Source of the DNA: an uncultured bacterium
GTDB taxonomy: Bacteria; Patescibacteriota; Minisyncoccia; Phycocordibacterales; UBA6065
Direction: 5' to 3'
NCBI GenBank assembly: GCA_966243015.1
Contig: CBIMES010000001.1
Coordinates: forward strand, 50,598 to 114,597
Length of the DNA stretch: 64,000 bases
Below are positions 54,005 through 62,218 of this stretch, in pieces. Position 1 is the stretch's first letter, and each line of letters begins with the position of its first letter. Made by a program: the position numbers and the translations under genes. The notes below the pieces were generated by a model that saw nothing but the letters and a program-made list of their open reading frames with translations, searched no databases and was not told the DNA's origin.

Positions 54005-54532
54005 ATGTTCAGCGACCCACGTCACAACCTTGAGCAACTCGGCATGTCGGACGGTGCGATCGTCGCCGACCTCGGATCAGGTTCGGGGTTCTATTCGATG
54101 GAGGCCGCGCGCATCGTCGCTCCTCTCGGCAAGGTGTATGCGGTCGACGTGCAGAAGGACATGCTGGAGAAACTCAAGCGCGAGGCTCAGAAAGTCCATA
54201 TTCGCAACATCGACATAGTCCACGGCGATCTCGAGCGCTTGGGCGGTACCAAGATTCGTGATGGCATCGTAGACGTGGTCATCGTGTCGAACGTGCTTTT
54301 CATGCTCGAGGACAAGAAGACTTTCCTTCAAGAGGTGCGTCGCATTCTCAAGGCCAAGGGCCGCATCCTCCTTATCGACTGGTCCGCGTCCTTCTCGCTC
54401 ATGGGCCCCCATCCCGAACACGTCGTCTACAAGGACAATGCCCTTATCATGCTCAAGGAGGCAGGTTTTTCCTTCGAGCGTGAGATCAGCGCTGGCGCGC
54501 ATCACTATGGTATAATTGCGCGAAAGCAATAA
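54005..54532 (+). CDS. Class I SAM-dependent methyltransferase
   Basis: VADLGSGSG, VYAVDV, RILKAKGRILLIDW. Confidence 0.92.
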   Translation: MFSDPRHNLEQLGMSDGAIVADLGSGSGFYSMEAARIVAPLGKVYAVDVQKDMLEKLKREAQKVHIRNIDIVHGDLERLGGTKIRDGIVDVVIVSNVLFMLEDKKTFLQEVRRILKAKGRILLIDWSASFSLMGPHPEHVVYKDNALIMLKEAGFSFEREISAGAHHYGIIARKQ

Positions 54533-54533
54533 C

Positions 54534-55826
54534 ATGACCCGATTCCAACTTATCTTTACGGGATTCCTCATCGCGGCTGCGGTTGTCGGTGCGATACTTT
54601 TCTCCATTCAGAGAAGCAAGGGTTCTACGGCTGCCATCCAGGTGACCATGTGGGGGACTATCGATGCAGAGACATTCGGCGACTTTCTTGGTAAGGCGTC
54701 CCTCACGAACCGCGATACGGTCAACATCGATTATGTCGCCAAGGATCGAACGACCTTCGAGACCGATCTTATCGCTGCCCTTGCTCGCGGTCAGGGTCCC
54801 GATATGATCCTCCTGCCTCAGGACCTTCTCGTGAAGCAACGTGACAAGTTCTACGTCGTGCCGTTCGAGAACTATTCTGAGCGCCTTTTCAGAGATTCGT
54901 TTGTCGAGGAGGGCGAGCTCTTCCTGACCCCCGAGGGTGTTATCGGCCTGCCATTCGCGGTCGATCCGATTGTTATGTACTGGAACAGGAACATTTTCTC
55001 GAACGCGAGCATCCCGCTTCCTCCGACTTCGTGGACCGAGCTCTACACCCTTGCGCCGAAGATCATACAGAAGGACGCCTCGGGCAACATAACTCAGGCG
55101 CTCGTCGCGTTCGGTTCTATGAACAATGTAAGCCATGCCAAAGATTTGGTCTCGCTTCTCTCGCTTCAGGCCGGTACTTCGATCGTCGCGCGTGACACTC
55201 AGCTTAATTATCTTCGAAGCACGTTCTCTGACCAGGGCAGCGGCCTTATCCCGGCAGAGCAGGCCGTTAATTTCTTCACGGAGTTCTCTGACCCTGTAAA
55301 GGCGTCGTACTCGTGGAACAGGTCTCTCGCCACGGACAGGAACATGTTCCTGTCCGGGAAACTCGCCTTGTACTTTGGCTATGCGAGCGAAATCGCTGGC
55401 ATCAGGCTCGCGAACCCCAACCTCAACTTCGACGTCGCGGCCGTCCCTCAGATTCCCGGAAAGAGGCTGACCTTCGGCAGCATGCAGGCGATAACCCTTC
55501 TCAAGTCGTCGAAGAATCTCGGCGCGGCCTATGTCGCCGCTCAGGTTCTTACGGGCAAGGCCCTTCAGGCCGAATGGGTCGCCTCGAGCGGTCTCCCGCC
55601 CGTGCGTCGCGACCTTCTCGCCACCACGCCTGGCAACGCCTACACCGCAGTCTTTTACGAGAGCGCCCTCATGTCCCGCGCATGGCTCGATCCTAACAGC
55701 GAGGCGACGAAAGCGACCTTCACCAAGCTCGTCGAGAGCGTGACCTCGGGCAGGGTCCGGGCGAGCGAGGCGGTACGAACCGCGAGCACGGAGATAGACG
55801 TGCTCCTTCAGCAGGCAAACATATGA
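54534..55826 (+). CDS. Extracellular solute-binding protein (family 1-like), membrane anchored
   Basis: GQGPD, MYWNRNIF, PTSWTEL, FLSGKLA, LPPVR. Confidence 0.88.
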   Translation: MTRFQLIFTGFLIAAAVVGAILFSIQRSKGSTAAIQVTMWGTIDAETFGDFLGKASLTNRDTVNIDYVAKDRTTFETDLIAALARGQGPDMILLPQDLLVKQRDKFYVVPFENYSERLFRDSFVEEGELFLTPEGVIGLPFAVDPIVMYWNRNIFSNASIPLPPTSWTELYTLAPKIIQKDASGNITQALVAFGSMNNVSHAKDLVSLLSLQAGTSIVARDTQLNYLRSTFSDQGSGLIPAEQAVNFFTEFSDPVKASYSWNRSLATDRNMFLSGKLALYFGYASEIAGIRLANPNLNFDVAAVPQIPGKRLTFGSMQAITLLKSSKNLGAAYVAAQVLTGKALQAEWVASSGLPPVRRDLLATTPGNAYTAVFYESALMSRAWLDPNSEATKATFTKLVESVTSGRVRASEAVRTASTEIDVLLQQANI

Positions 55827-56293
55827 AACGAATAATCATTTTACTCTCGATCTTCGCGCTTTTCGCCCTCTCGGCGCAATCCGCCCTTGCGCAGGGCAAT
55901 ACGGGATCGGGCTCCGGCGACCCAAAGAATGACAATTTCCAGATTGTGCCATGCACGGGCGTCACCAAGACTCAGCCTGACGGCACGGTGACGGGCAGCG
56001 AGTGTGACTTCAATGCGCTCATCGAGATGACGAACAGGGTCATCAAGTTCCTGCTTTACATGTCGATACCGTTCGTTCTCGCCATGACTATCTACACGGC
56101 TTTCCAGTTCCTGACCTCGAACGGCAATCCTGTCAAACTCGAGAAGGCCAAGCACATGCTTTGGTACGTCGGCGTTGGTCTGCTCTGGATCCTGGTCTCG
56201 TTCATCCTCGTCTACACGGTCCTCGACAATCTGCTGTCGCCAAACATCAAGAACGATTCGCAGGGAATCTGGAGGAGCTATTTCAACCCATAA
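55823..56293 (+). CDS. VirB2/TrbC-like pilin
   Basis: VPC...ECDFNAL, TSNGNPVKLEKAK, 2 TM. Confidence 0.8.
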   Translation: MKRIIILLSIFALFALSAQSALAQGNTGSGSGDPKNDNFQIVPCTGVTKTQPDGTVTGSECDFNALIEMTNRVIKFLLYMSIPFVLAMTIYTAFQFLTSNGNPVKLEKAKHMLWYVGVGLLWILVSFILVYTVLDNLLSPNIKNDSQGIWRSYFNP

Positions 56294-56297
56294 TCAC

Positions 56298-56750
56298 ATG
56301 AAGCATCACATCATCGCCTTCGCAGTCATCTTCGCGGTCTCGGCACCCGCCCTCGTCGCGGCACAAACCGAGTATCGCTACGCAGAGGTGTCGACCACCA
56401 CGGGATTCGGCGGTACGAACAGGGGAGCTGCGTCGGTCGCCACGTCTTCGAGGAACAATATCACCGCCACCGCCAAGCTCGAGAATCCGCTCAAGGGAGT
56501 GAACAGCCTCGGCGACTTCGTCTACCTCGTCATCAATTTCGTATACAGCCTCAGCTATGCCGTCATAGCATTCTTTCTCATCCTCTCGGGCTTCAAGTTT
56601 GTCATGGCGCAGGGAAAGCCTGACGCTCTCGACAACGCCAAGGAGACCTTCAAGAACACCATTATCGGTGCGGTCATTCTCATCGGCGCGAACGTTATCA
56701 CGGAGGTCGTGAGAACAGTCATTAATCAGTTTGTAAGAACATCAATATAA
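56298..56750 (+). CDS. VirB2/TrbC-like pilin
   Basis: LENPL, SGFKFVMAQGKPDALDNAK...IIGAVIL. Confidence 0.82.
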   Translation: MKHHIIAFAVIFAVSAPALVAAQTEYRYAEVSTTTGFGGTNRGAASVATSSRNNITATAKLENPLKGVNSLGDFVYLVINFVYSLSYAVIAFFLILSGFKFVMAQGKPDALDNAKETFKNTIIGAVILIGANVITEVVRTVINQFVRTSI

Positions 56751-56760
56751 AAACACAGCC

Positions 56761-57147
56761 ATGAAAAAGATACTTGTAGCAGGCTTCCTTGCCCTCACCG
56801 TGCTTACGGCGCCGGTCTTGGCCTCGGCTCAGGCAAAGGGTTCGATATCGTCGTGCGGTCAGCTTCAGACCGAGGGTGCGGCGGGTTTGGTGAAGTGCAT
56901 CATCGCCTTCTTTGATTACTTCGTCTACATTGTCACCGCCCTTGCCGTGGTCTACATCGTCCTCGGCGCGTTCAAGCTCCTGAACGAGGAGAAGAGGGAC
57001 GAGGGTAAGCAGACCATTTACTACGGCATTATCGGCCTCTTCGTCATGATGTCGATCTGGGGCTTCGTCAACATCCTTAACAACACCTTCAAGCTCGGCA
57101 CTTCGGCCGATCAGGTAAACAGGCCGACCCTCATCCCATCGCGATAG
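56761..57147 (+). CDS. VirB2/TrbC-like pilin
   Basis: GKQTIYYGIIGLFVMMSIWGFVNIL. Confidence 0.82.
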   Translation: MKKILVAGFLALTVLTAPVLASAQAKGSISSCGQLQTEGAAGLVKCIIAFFDYFVYIVTALAVVYIVLGAFKLLNEEKRDEGKQTIYYGIIGLFVMMSIWGFVNILNNTFKLGTSADQVNRPTLIPSR

Positions 57148-57221
57148 GTTATCCCCACGCTTTGTCGAAGCTTGGCTTTCCTTGGTATAATTGAGGGGCA
57201 TTATAAAATTTAGAACAACTC

Positions 57222-57584
57222 ATGAAAAAAATCGGATTCATCGCTGCATTGCTCGTCCTTCCATTCACGGCAGGCGCGCAGGGAGCAATCAATAACGTCT
57301 GGGACATCTTCAACTTCATCAACAGGATTCTCAACACGCTTCTCCCGCTCATCATCGCTGCTGCCGTCGTGTACTTCATCTACGGCATCGCGACCTACGT
57401 CATGTCGGGTAGCGACGACGCAAAGGCTGCCGCAAAGGATCGCATCATCTACGGCATCATCGGCCTCTTCGTAATGGTATCCGTATGGGGTCTCGTGAAC
57501 ATCCTCGTGAACACCTTCGGCATTAGCAACCAGACCGCTCCGGGAAACATCAACAATCAGCTCCCGAACGTCCCTACTAACTAG
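57222..57584 (+). CDS. VirB2/TrbC-like pilin (possibly the major subunit; own promoter)
   Basis: AKDRIIYGIIGLFVMVSVWGLVNIL; TATAAT at ~57186. Confidence 0.82.
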   Translation: MKKIGFIAALLVLPFTAGAQGAINNVWDIFNFINRILNTLLPLIIAAAVVYFIYGIATYVMSGSDDAKAAAKDRIIYGIIGLFVMVSVWGLVNILVNTFGISNQTAPGNINNQLPNVPTN

Positions 57585-57589
57585 TCCCC

Positions 57590-57838
57590 ATGAACGCTCT
57601 GGGTGTACCTCTTGTCCAGAAGTTCTTCGCTGTGGTGGTGAATCCGGCGATACGACTTCTCTTCGCGGCTGCCGTTGTGTACTTCGTCTACGGAGTCTTC
57701 AACTACGTCAGGCACTCAAGCGACGGCGACGCAAGGGCAGAGGGTGCCAATCACATCCTTTGGAGCACGATCGGCCTCTTCATCATGGTTTCCGTCTGGG
57801 GTATCATCGGCGTCCTCAGGAGCACGGTGGGTCAGTAG
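57590..57838 (+). CDS. Short VirB2/TrbC-like pilin
   Basis: VVNPAIRLLFAAA...HILWSTIGLFIMVSVWGII. Confidence 0.8.
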   Translation: MNALGVPLVQKFFAVVVNPAIRLLFAAAVVYFVYGVFNYVRHSSDGDARAEGANHILWSTIGLFIMVSVWGIIGVLRSTVGQ

Positions 57839-57863
57839 GAAGGACAGGAGACAGGAAAAAGAA

Positions 57864-57893
57864 AAAGGCCCGCGCACATGTGCGCGGGCCTTT
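57864..57893. terminator. Perfect 30-bp palindrome / bidirectional terminator
   Basis: AAAGGCCCGCGCACA|TGTGCGCGGGCCTTT between convergent genes. Confidence 0.75.
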
Positions 57894-57913
57894 GATTTGC
57901 CCCGAACCGTTCC

Positions 57914-58465
57914 TTACTCCGGCACCTTGATGTTGAAGGCCTTGCTCGAGAAGAACCTGACCTTGGTGGCACCGTCGGGAATCTTGAACGCGCCGCGAGC
58001 GGGCAGCTCGTGGGGTTTTCCGTCTGCCATCATCCAGATGCCGGGTTTGGCCTCGATGCCGATCTTCCTGCTGAGGAGGTCGGCGACGGAGTATTCCGGC
58101 GACAGGACGTTGGGCTCGATGGTTATCTCGGCCTCGACGCCAGTCGGTCGGTCGCCTTCGGCATAGCCGAAGCGATAGGTGATGCCGGACTCGGAGGTTA
58201 TGGACTCGAGCGGGACGCTCTCGACCTTGGTTTTCGTCTTGCGACGTTCCGAGGTTGAGGAGCCTGACGAGAATCCGGTTTGGCCGGTCTCGGCGCGCTC
58301 CTCGGTTTCTTCCTTGTCGGCTTTCGCCTTTCTTCCTTCGGTGCTCTTGCAGCCGGAGAAGCTGTTGCTGACGATGGCGATGGTGCAGATGAGGGCACAC
58401 AGGGCGATGAACTTTACGAGTTTACCGCTCAGTGTGACGCTGTCCTTTGCGGGTGTGTCTGACAT
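57914..58465 (-). CDS. Membrane-anchored/lipoprotein-like hypothetical (family member 3)
   Basis: TM, FSGC, C-terminal IPDGATKVRF; AAGGAG SD. Confidence 0.7.
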   Translation of the reverse strand: MSDTPAKDSVTLSGKLVKFIALCALICTIAIVSNSFSGCKSTEGRKAKADKEETEERAETGQTGFSSGSSTSERRKTKTKVESVPLESITSESGITYRFGYAEGDRPTGVEAEITIEPNVLSPEYSVADLLSRKIGIEAKPGIWMMADGKPHELPARGAFKIPDGATKVRFFSSKAFNIKVPE

Positions 58466-58620
58466 TATCGTGTCTCCTTTGGAGGGTTGATGGTTGGGAA
58501 TATGTGAAGATCTGTATGCCGTATCTGCGGCAAACTTTATATTATGATATATCGTTTTATGTAAATTGTCAAGTAATGAAAAAGGGCCGTCACTTGCGTG
58601 ACGGCCCTCGCTGCTAAGTC

Positions 58621-59355
58621 CTAGGACTTAGGCTTGGTCGTTATGGTCATCTCCGTGTCACCGTCTGGCTTGAACCAGAAGTGAGTTGGATTCGCCGAGA
58701 ATATTCGATCCGTATCGATATACGTTCCAGGCGCTGCTCTGTGCACTTTTCGCTCGTCATTCACCCTGAGGGAGAAATCGACGGGCGGATTGAGCGTGAC
58801 ATCAATTCGCTTGTCTTTCGGCACGGGGATCTTCTTCCAGCCTCCCGCTTTGACCCAGATCACCCGCTCTGTGGGGTGATCCGATATCTCGGCGAGCGCT
58901 TGGTCGAAGGCCTCCTCGATTGAGGGCGAATCTTCAGACTTCCACACGACGTATACCCAGCTGCCCACAGCAGTCACCAGGACGATGATGCCGAACAGCT
59001 TCGCTATCTTCTTGGGCGCAGCCATGACCGCGTATATGCTGAACACGATCGCGATCTGGGTTATCCAGAATATGCTGCCCCTATACCAGAACGTCCACCA
59101 CCACTCGTATTCTGTCCTGGCACAGAGCCAGTTGAAGAATCCGAGCGATATGCTGATGAGGGCGAGGGACTTTGCGATTTCCTTACCGTGCTTCTCCCAG
59201 AGTTCCTCAATCCAGCTTTTGGGTTGGTCTGTTGTCTTGGGCTTGCCCTTGGCGTCCTCCTTCATCTTTTCGTAGACGATGAGTGCGACAAAGATGAGGC
59301 CTATGATACCAACCGCACCAAGCGCTAACATTAACTTCAGTTCCAGCGGTGTCAC
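58621..59355 (-). CDS. Multi-TM hypothetical protein
   Basis: 4 TM plus soluble C-terminus; AAGGAG SD before GTG. Confidence 0.7.
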   Translation of the reverse strand: MTPLELKLMLALGAVGIIGLIFVALIVYEKMKEDAKGKPKTTDQPKSWIEELWEKHGKEIAKSLALISISLGFFNWLCARTEYEWWWTFWYRGSIFWITQIAIVFSIYAVMAAPKKIAKLFGIIVLVTAVGSWVYVVWKSEDSPSIEEAFDQALAEISDHPTERVIWVKAGGWKKIPVPKDKRIDVTLNPPVDFSLRVNDERKVHRAAPGTYIDTDRIFSANPTHFWFKPDGDTEMTITTKPKS

Positions 59356-59373
59356 TGTTCTAACTCCTTTCTT

Positions 59374-60552
59374 TTAGTTGTTACCAGGTTTTTCGCCTGC
59401 TGTTCCCGGACTTATTCCAAATGCTGGCATGGCTGGTGTGCCGATGACAACCGTATGGATTGATTTCGAATTACCGAGCGACTGCAGGCCCGCATGCGGG
59501 TTTTCCTTTGTGGCGTCCGCCATTTGCTTTGCGGCCTGCGCCTCAGCATTACCTTTAACCTTGATCGCCTCGGCCTCCTTCTGTGCTTCATAGAGCTTCG
59601 CGTCCGCGAGGATGCGCATCTCTTTCGACTTGGCCTCTGCGGCTGTTTCGACCTTCTCCTTGTCTCGATCCGCGTAATACTTGGTGAGGGACGCCTTTTG
59701 GGTGTCGCTCATCTTGTCTGTCGGATCGATGGAGAAGCCGAGGAAGTTAACCGAAACGATTTCCTGTCCGAGGGTGCTCTTGATACCGGGATTGCCCCTG
59801 TCAGAGTCGTTGAGAAGGGCGATGCCCTTCTGCAGGCGACTTCTTACATGGACTTTGGGCGTATTTTCTCCACCTTCGTCCTTTTTTGGCTCATCCGTTC
59901 CGACCTCTGCCTCCATCTGGATTATCTCGTTCAACTTACTGGTTCCGAAGATATCTCGGATTTCGGCGGTTACTGAGCCGTTCGCGTTAGCGAGCCAACC
60001 TGGTGATTTGTTGCCGAAGAGGCTTTTGTTTGCGTCCACTGTCCTGGTTGTGATGACGAAGTCGGCTGTGATGGGTATGCCTTCCTCGGTTTCAGCGCCG
60101 CGGACGGTTATGCCGAACGATGCCTGCCAGAATATTGAGTCGGCCCTATCGTTTTTTCCGTGTATCGTGTAGTCGGTCGCTCCATCGGTGCCTTTGGAGT
60201 ATTTTGTCCTCGGGAACATGTATTTGTATCGCGAGGCGAAAGGCCAGAGGCCTATCCAATATATTCCATAGATGTTTCCGGGGAGGCTTATGCTCGTTGG
60301 AGCATTACCCTCGGTAACAATCCCTGTCTTTGGGTGAACCCAGTAACCAGTTATGTTGCCTATGAAGCGCGCTACTCTGTCGCCGTGCATGATCACCACA
60401 ATCTCTCCCTGGGGAACCATGGTGAACATGATGTCCTTGTGGGCAAAATAATAGATGGCCATGCCGATTGCTGTCAGGGCGGTAAGCCCGATGAGGACCA
60501 GGATCAGGATGATGTTCAGCCTGTCTTGGTCCAGTATTTCGATATCTGTCAT
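59374..60552 (-). CDS. SPFH/band-7-like membrane protein
   Basis: N-terminal TM, VPQGE, GIYWIGLWP, AETEEGIPITAD, Ala/Glu-rich AEA coiled tail. Confidence 0.7.
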   Translation of the reverse strand: MTDIEILDQDRLNIILILVLIGLTALTAIGMAIYYFAHKDIMFTMVPQGEIVVIMHGDRVARFIGNITGYWVHPKTGIVTEGNAPTSISLPGNIYGIYWIGLWPFASRYKYMFPRTKYSKGTDGATDYTIHGKNDRADSIFWQASFGITVRGAETEEGIPITADFVITTRTVDANKSLFGNKSPGWLANANGSVTAEIRDIFGTSKLNEIIQMEAEVGTDEPKKDEGGENTPKVHVRSRLQKGIALLNDSDRGNPGIKSTLGQEIVSVNFLGFSIDPTDKMSDTQKASLTKYYADRDKEKVETAAEAKSKEMRILADAKLYEAQKEAEAIKVKGNAEAQAAKQMADATKENPHAGLQSLGNSKSIHTVVIGTPAMPAFGISPGTAGEKPGNN

Positions 60553-60792
60553 TGTCTGATTCCTCCGTGGTTGGTGGTTTTCGTTGTGTGTTTATGTCTG
60601 TGTCAAAGGGCAGGGAGGCGGGTGCCTCCTGGTGCTGTCCTGTTGTATATAATAGCATTTTATATACAAAAAGTCAAGTATGTGGTTTTGTGAAAACAGG
60701 GCCTTGTTAAGCTCTCCGCGCGCGTTTGGAAAAGAAAAAGGGCCTGTCCGCTTACGCGGACAGGCCCTTGGGTCTCGTTTCTTGGTCGGTAT

Positions 60793-61230
60793 CTAGCCTT
60801 GCGACCTGAGCGCCGCATCCTCGAGGACCTTGCGGAGGGCCATGAAGTTGAAGGGTTTGAGCAGGTTTATCTGCCCGTCCCTTGGTTCCAGGGCTTTCTC
60901 TTTCGGGTCGATGCCTTGCAGGTATGAGGAGATGCGCACGCGCAGGGTCTGGGGACGCTCCTTCTTTGCCCATTCGAGCAGGAAGAGTGCATCCTTGTCG
61001 ATGCCCGCCGGGACATCTAGGCCGTGGGTGTCAGTATCCACGATAAGGATGTCGGTCTTGGTGGCCGATATGACCCCGAGCGCGACGCCTGGGCTTCGAG
61101 TCGAGATGTCGATCTCGAAGCCCAGGTGGGGTATCGCCTGGTCGAGCAGGGCTCGGAATTCGGGGTTTGCCACCATGATCACTATCGAGAACTGAGGCTT
61201 TGTGGAAGGAACAGGTGAGTCGGTATTCAC
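60793..61230 (-). CDS. Stand-alone receiver (CheY-like) domain protein
   Basis: DILIVDTD, RISS, LLKPF. Confidence 0.65.
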   Translation of the reverse strand: MNTDSPVPSTKPQFSIVIMVANPEFRALLDQAIPHLGFEIDISTRSPGVALGVISATKTDILIVDTDTHGLDVPAGIDKDALFLLEWAKKERPQTLRVRISSYLQGIDPKEKALEPRDGQINLLKPFNFMALRKVLEDAALRSQG

Positions 61231-61276
61231 GATTACTATAGTATCAGAATTTATTGATTATGTCAATAAATCTGTC

Positions 61277-61360
61277 TGGTGCGCGAGAGAGGACTTGAAC
61301 CTCCATGCCTTGCGGCGCCTGCTCCTAAGGCAGGTGTGTCTGCCATTTCACCACTCGCGC
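61277..61360 (-). tRNA. tRNA-Leu(TAG), CCA encoded
   Basis: CCTGC-CTTAGGA-GCAGG; variable arm. Confidence 0.95.
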
Positions 61361-61456
61361 AGATGCGTTCAGTATAACAAAAGAGAGAATTTCGAATGTG
61401 CCGAATCTGACCTTCATCACTTCCTGTATGGGTACATACAGGAAGTGTTTCGCTCG

Positions 61457-61500
61457 GAAACGGCCCCGGAAGAAAGCTAGCTTTCTTCCGGGGCCGTTTC
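61457..61500. repeat. Perfect 44-bp palindrome centred on CTAG
   Basis: GAAACGGCCCCGGAAGAAAGCT|AGCTTTCTTCCGGGGCCGTTTC. Confidence 0.85.
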
Positions 61501-61511
61501 GCTCACTCGAG

Positions 61512-61584
61512 TCCTTCCTGTAGGGATCGAACCTACGACCTTATCCTTAAGAGGGATCTGCTCTACCAACTGAGCTAAGGAAGG
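61512..61584 (-). tRNA. tRNA-Lys(CTT)
   Basis: ATCC-CTCTTAA-GGAT. Confidence 0.93.
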
Positions 61585-61652
61585 GTGTTTCAGTATCTTA
61601 CAACAGCTTTGATTTTTTTTCCAGTCCTGGGCCTTCCCGAGGGCTCTGGCGG

Positions 61653-61739
61653 TGCCCAGGGTCGGATTCGAACCGACATGCTCTGTTACGAGCGGGAGAT
61701 TTTAAGTCTCCTGCGTCTGACCAGTTTCGCCACCCGGGC
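61653..61739 (-). tRNA. tRNA-Leu(TAA)
   Basis: GGAGA-CTTAAAA-TCTCC; variable arm. Confidence 0.95.
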
Positions 61740-61754
61740 GGCGTTTCTACCGAG

Positions 61755-61826
61755 AGGCCACGGCGAGAATCGAACTCGCGCATAGAGATTTTGCAGATCT
61801 CCGAATTACCACTTTTCTACGTGGCC
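61755..61826 (-). tRNA. tRNA-Cys(GCA)
   Basis: GAGAT-CTGCAAA-ATCTC. Confidence 0.93.
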
Positions 61827-61864
61827 GTCTGACGTGCGCGCGGCTTTACCGCGGCATGTCTATC

Positions 61865-62194
61865 TTAGAGCCCATTCGTGAGCGCGTCAATTTTCTGGCG
61901 GCTCTTCTCGCCCTGGTCGATGGCGAAGTCGAAGAAGGGGATGCGCATGAGGCGGCCGTGCTCCTTGACGAACTCGCGGAACTGGCCGCGCTGCCTCTTG
62001 GCGAAGTCGAGGGCGGCGTTCTCCTGGTCCTCGGGGAGCACGGTGAAGAAGATCGTCGCGGTCGAGCCCTGCTGGTTGGTCTCGATCTTGGTGACGGTGA
62101 TGAGGGAGGTGCGGTTCGACTCGAGCGAGAGGAATCGCGCCGCGAGGTCGCGGATGATCTCCTCGAATCGTCCCTGCTTGATTGATGATGACAT
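61865..62194 (-). CDS. rbfA: Ribosome-binding factor A
   Basis: LITVTKIE, MRIPFFDFAID; directly downstream of infB. Confidence 0.88.
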   Translation of the reverse strand: MSSSIKQGRFEEIIRDLAARFLSLESNRTSLITVTKIETNQQGSTATIFFTVLPEDQENAALDFAKRQRGQFREFVKEHGRLMRIPFFDFAIDQGEKSRQKIDALTNGL

Positions 62195-62218
62195 GGTGTT
62201 TGTGGTGTGTGGAGGGAA

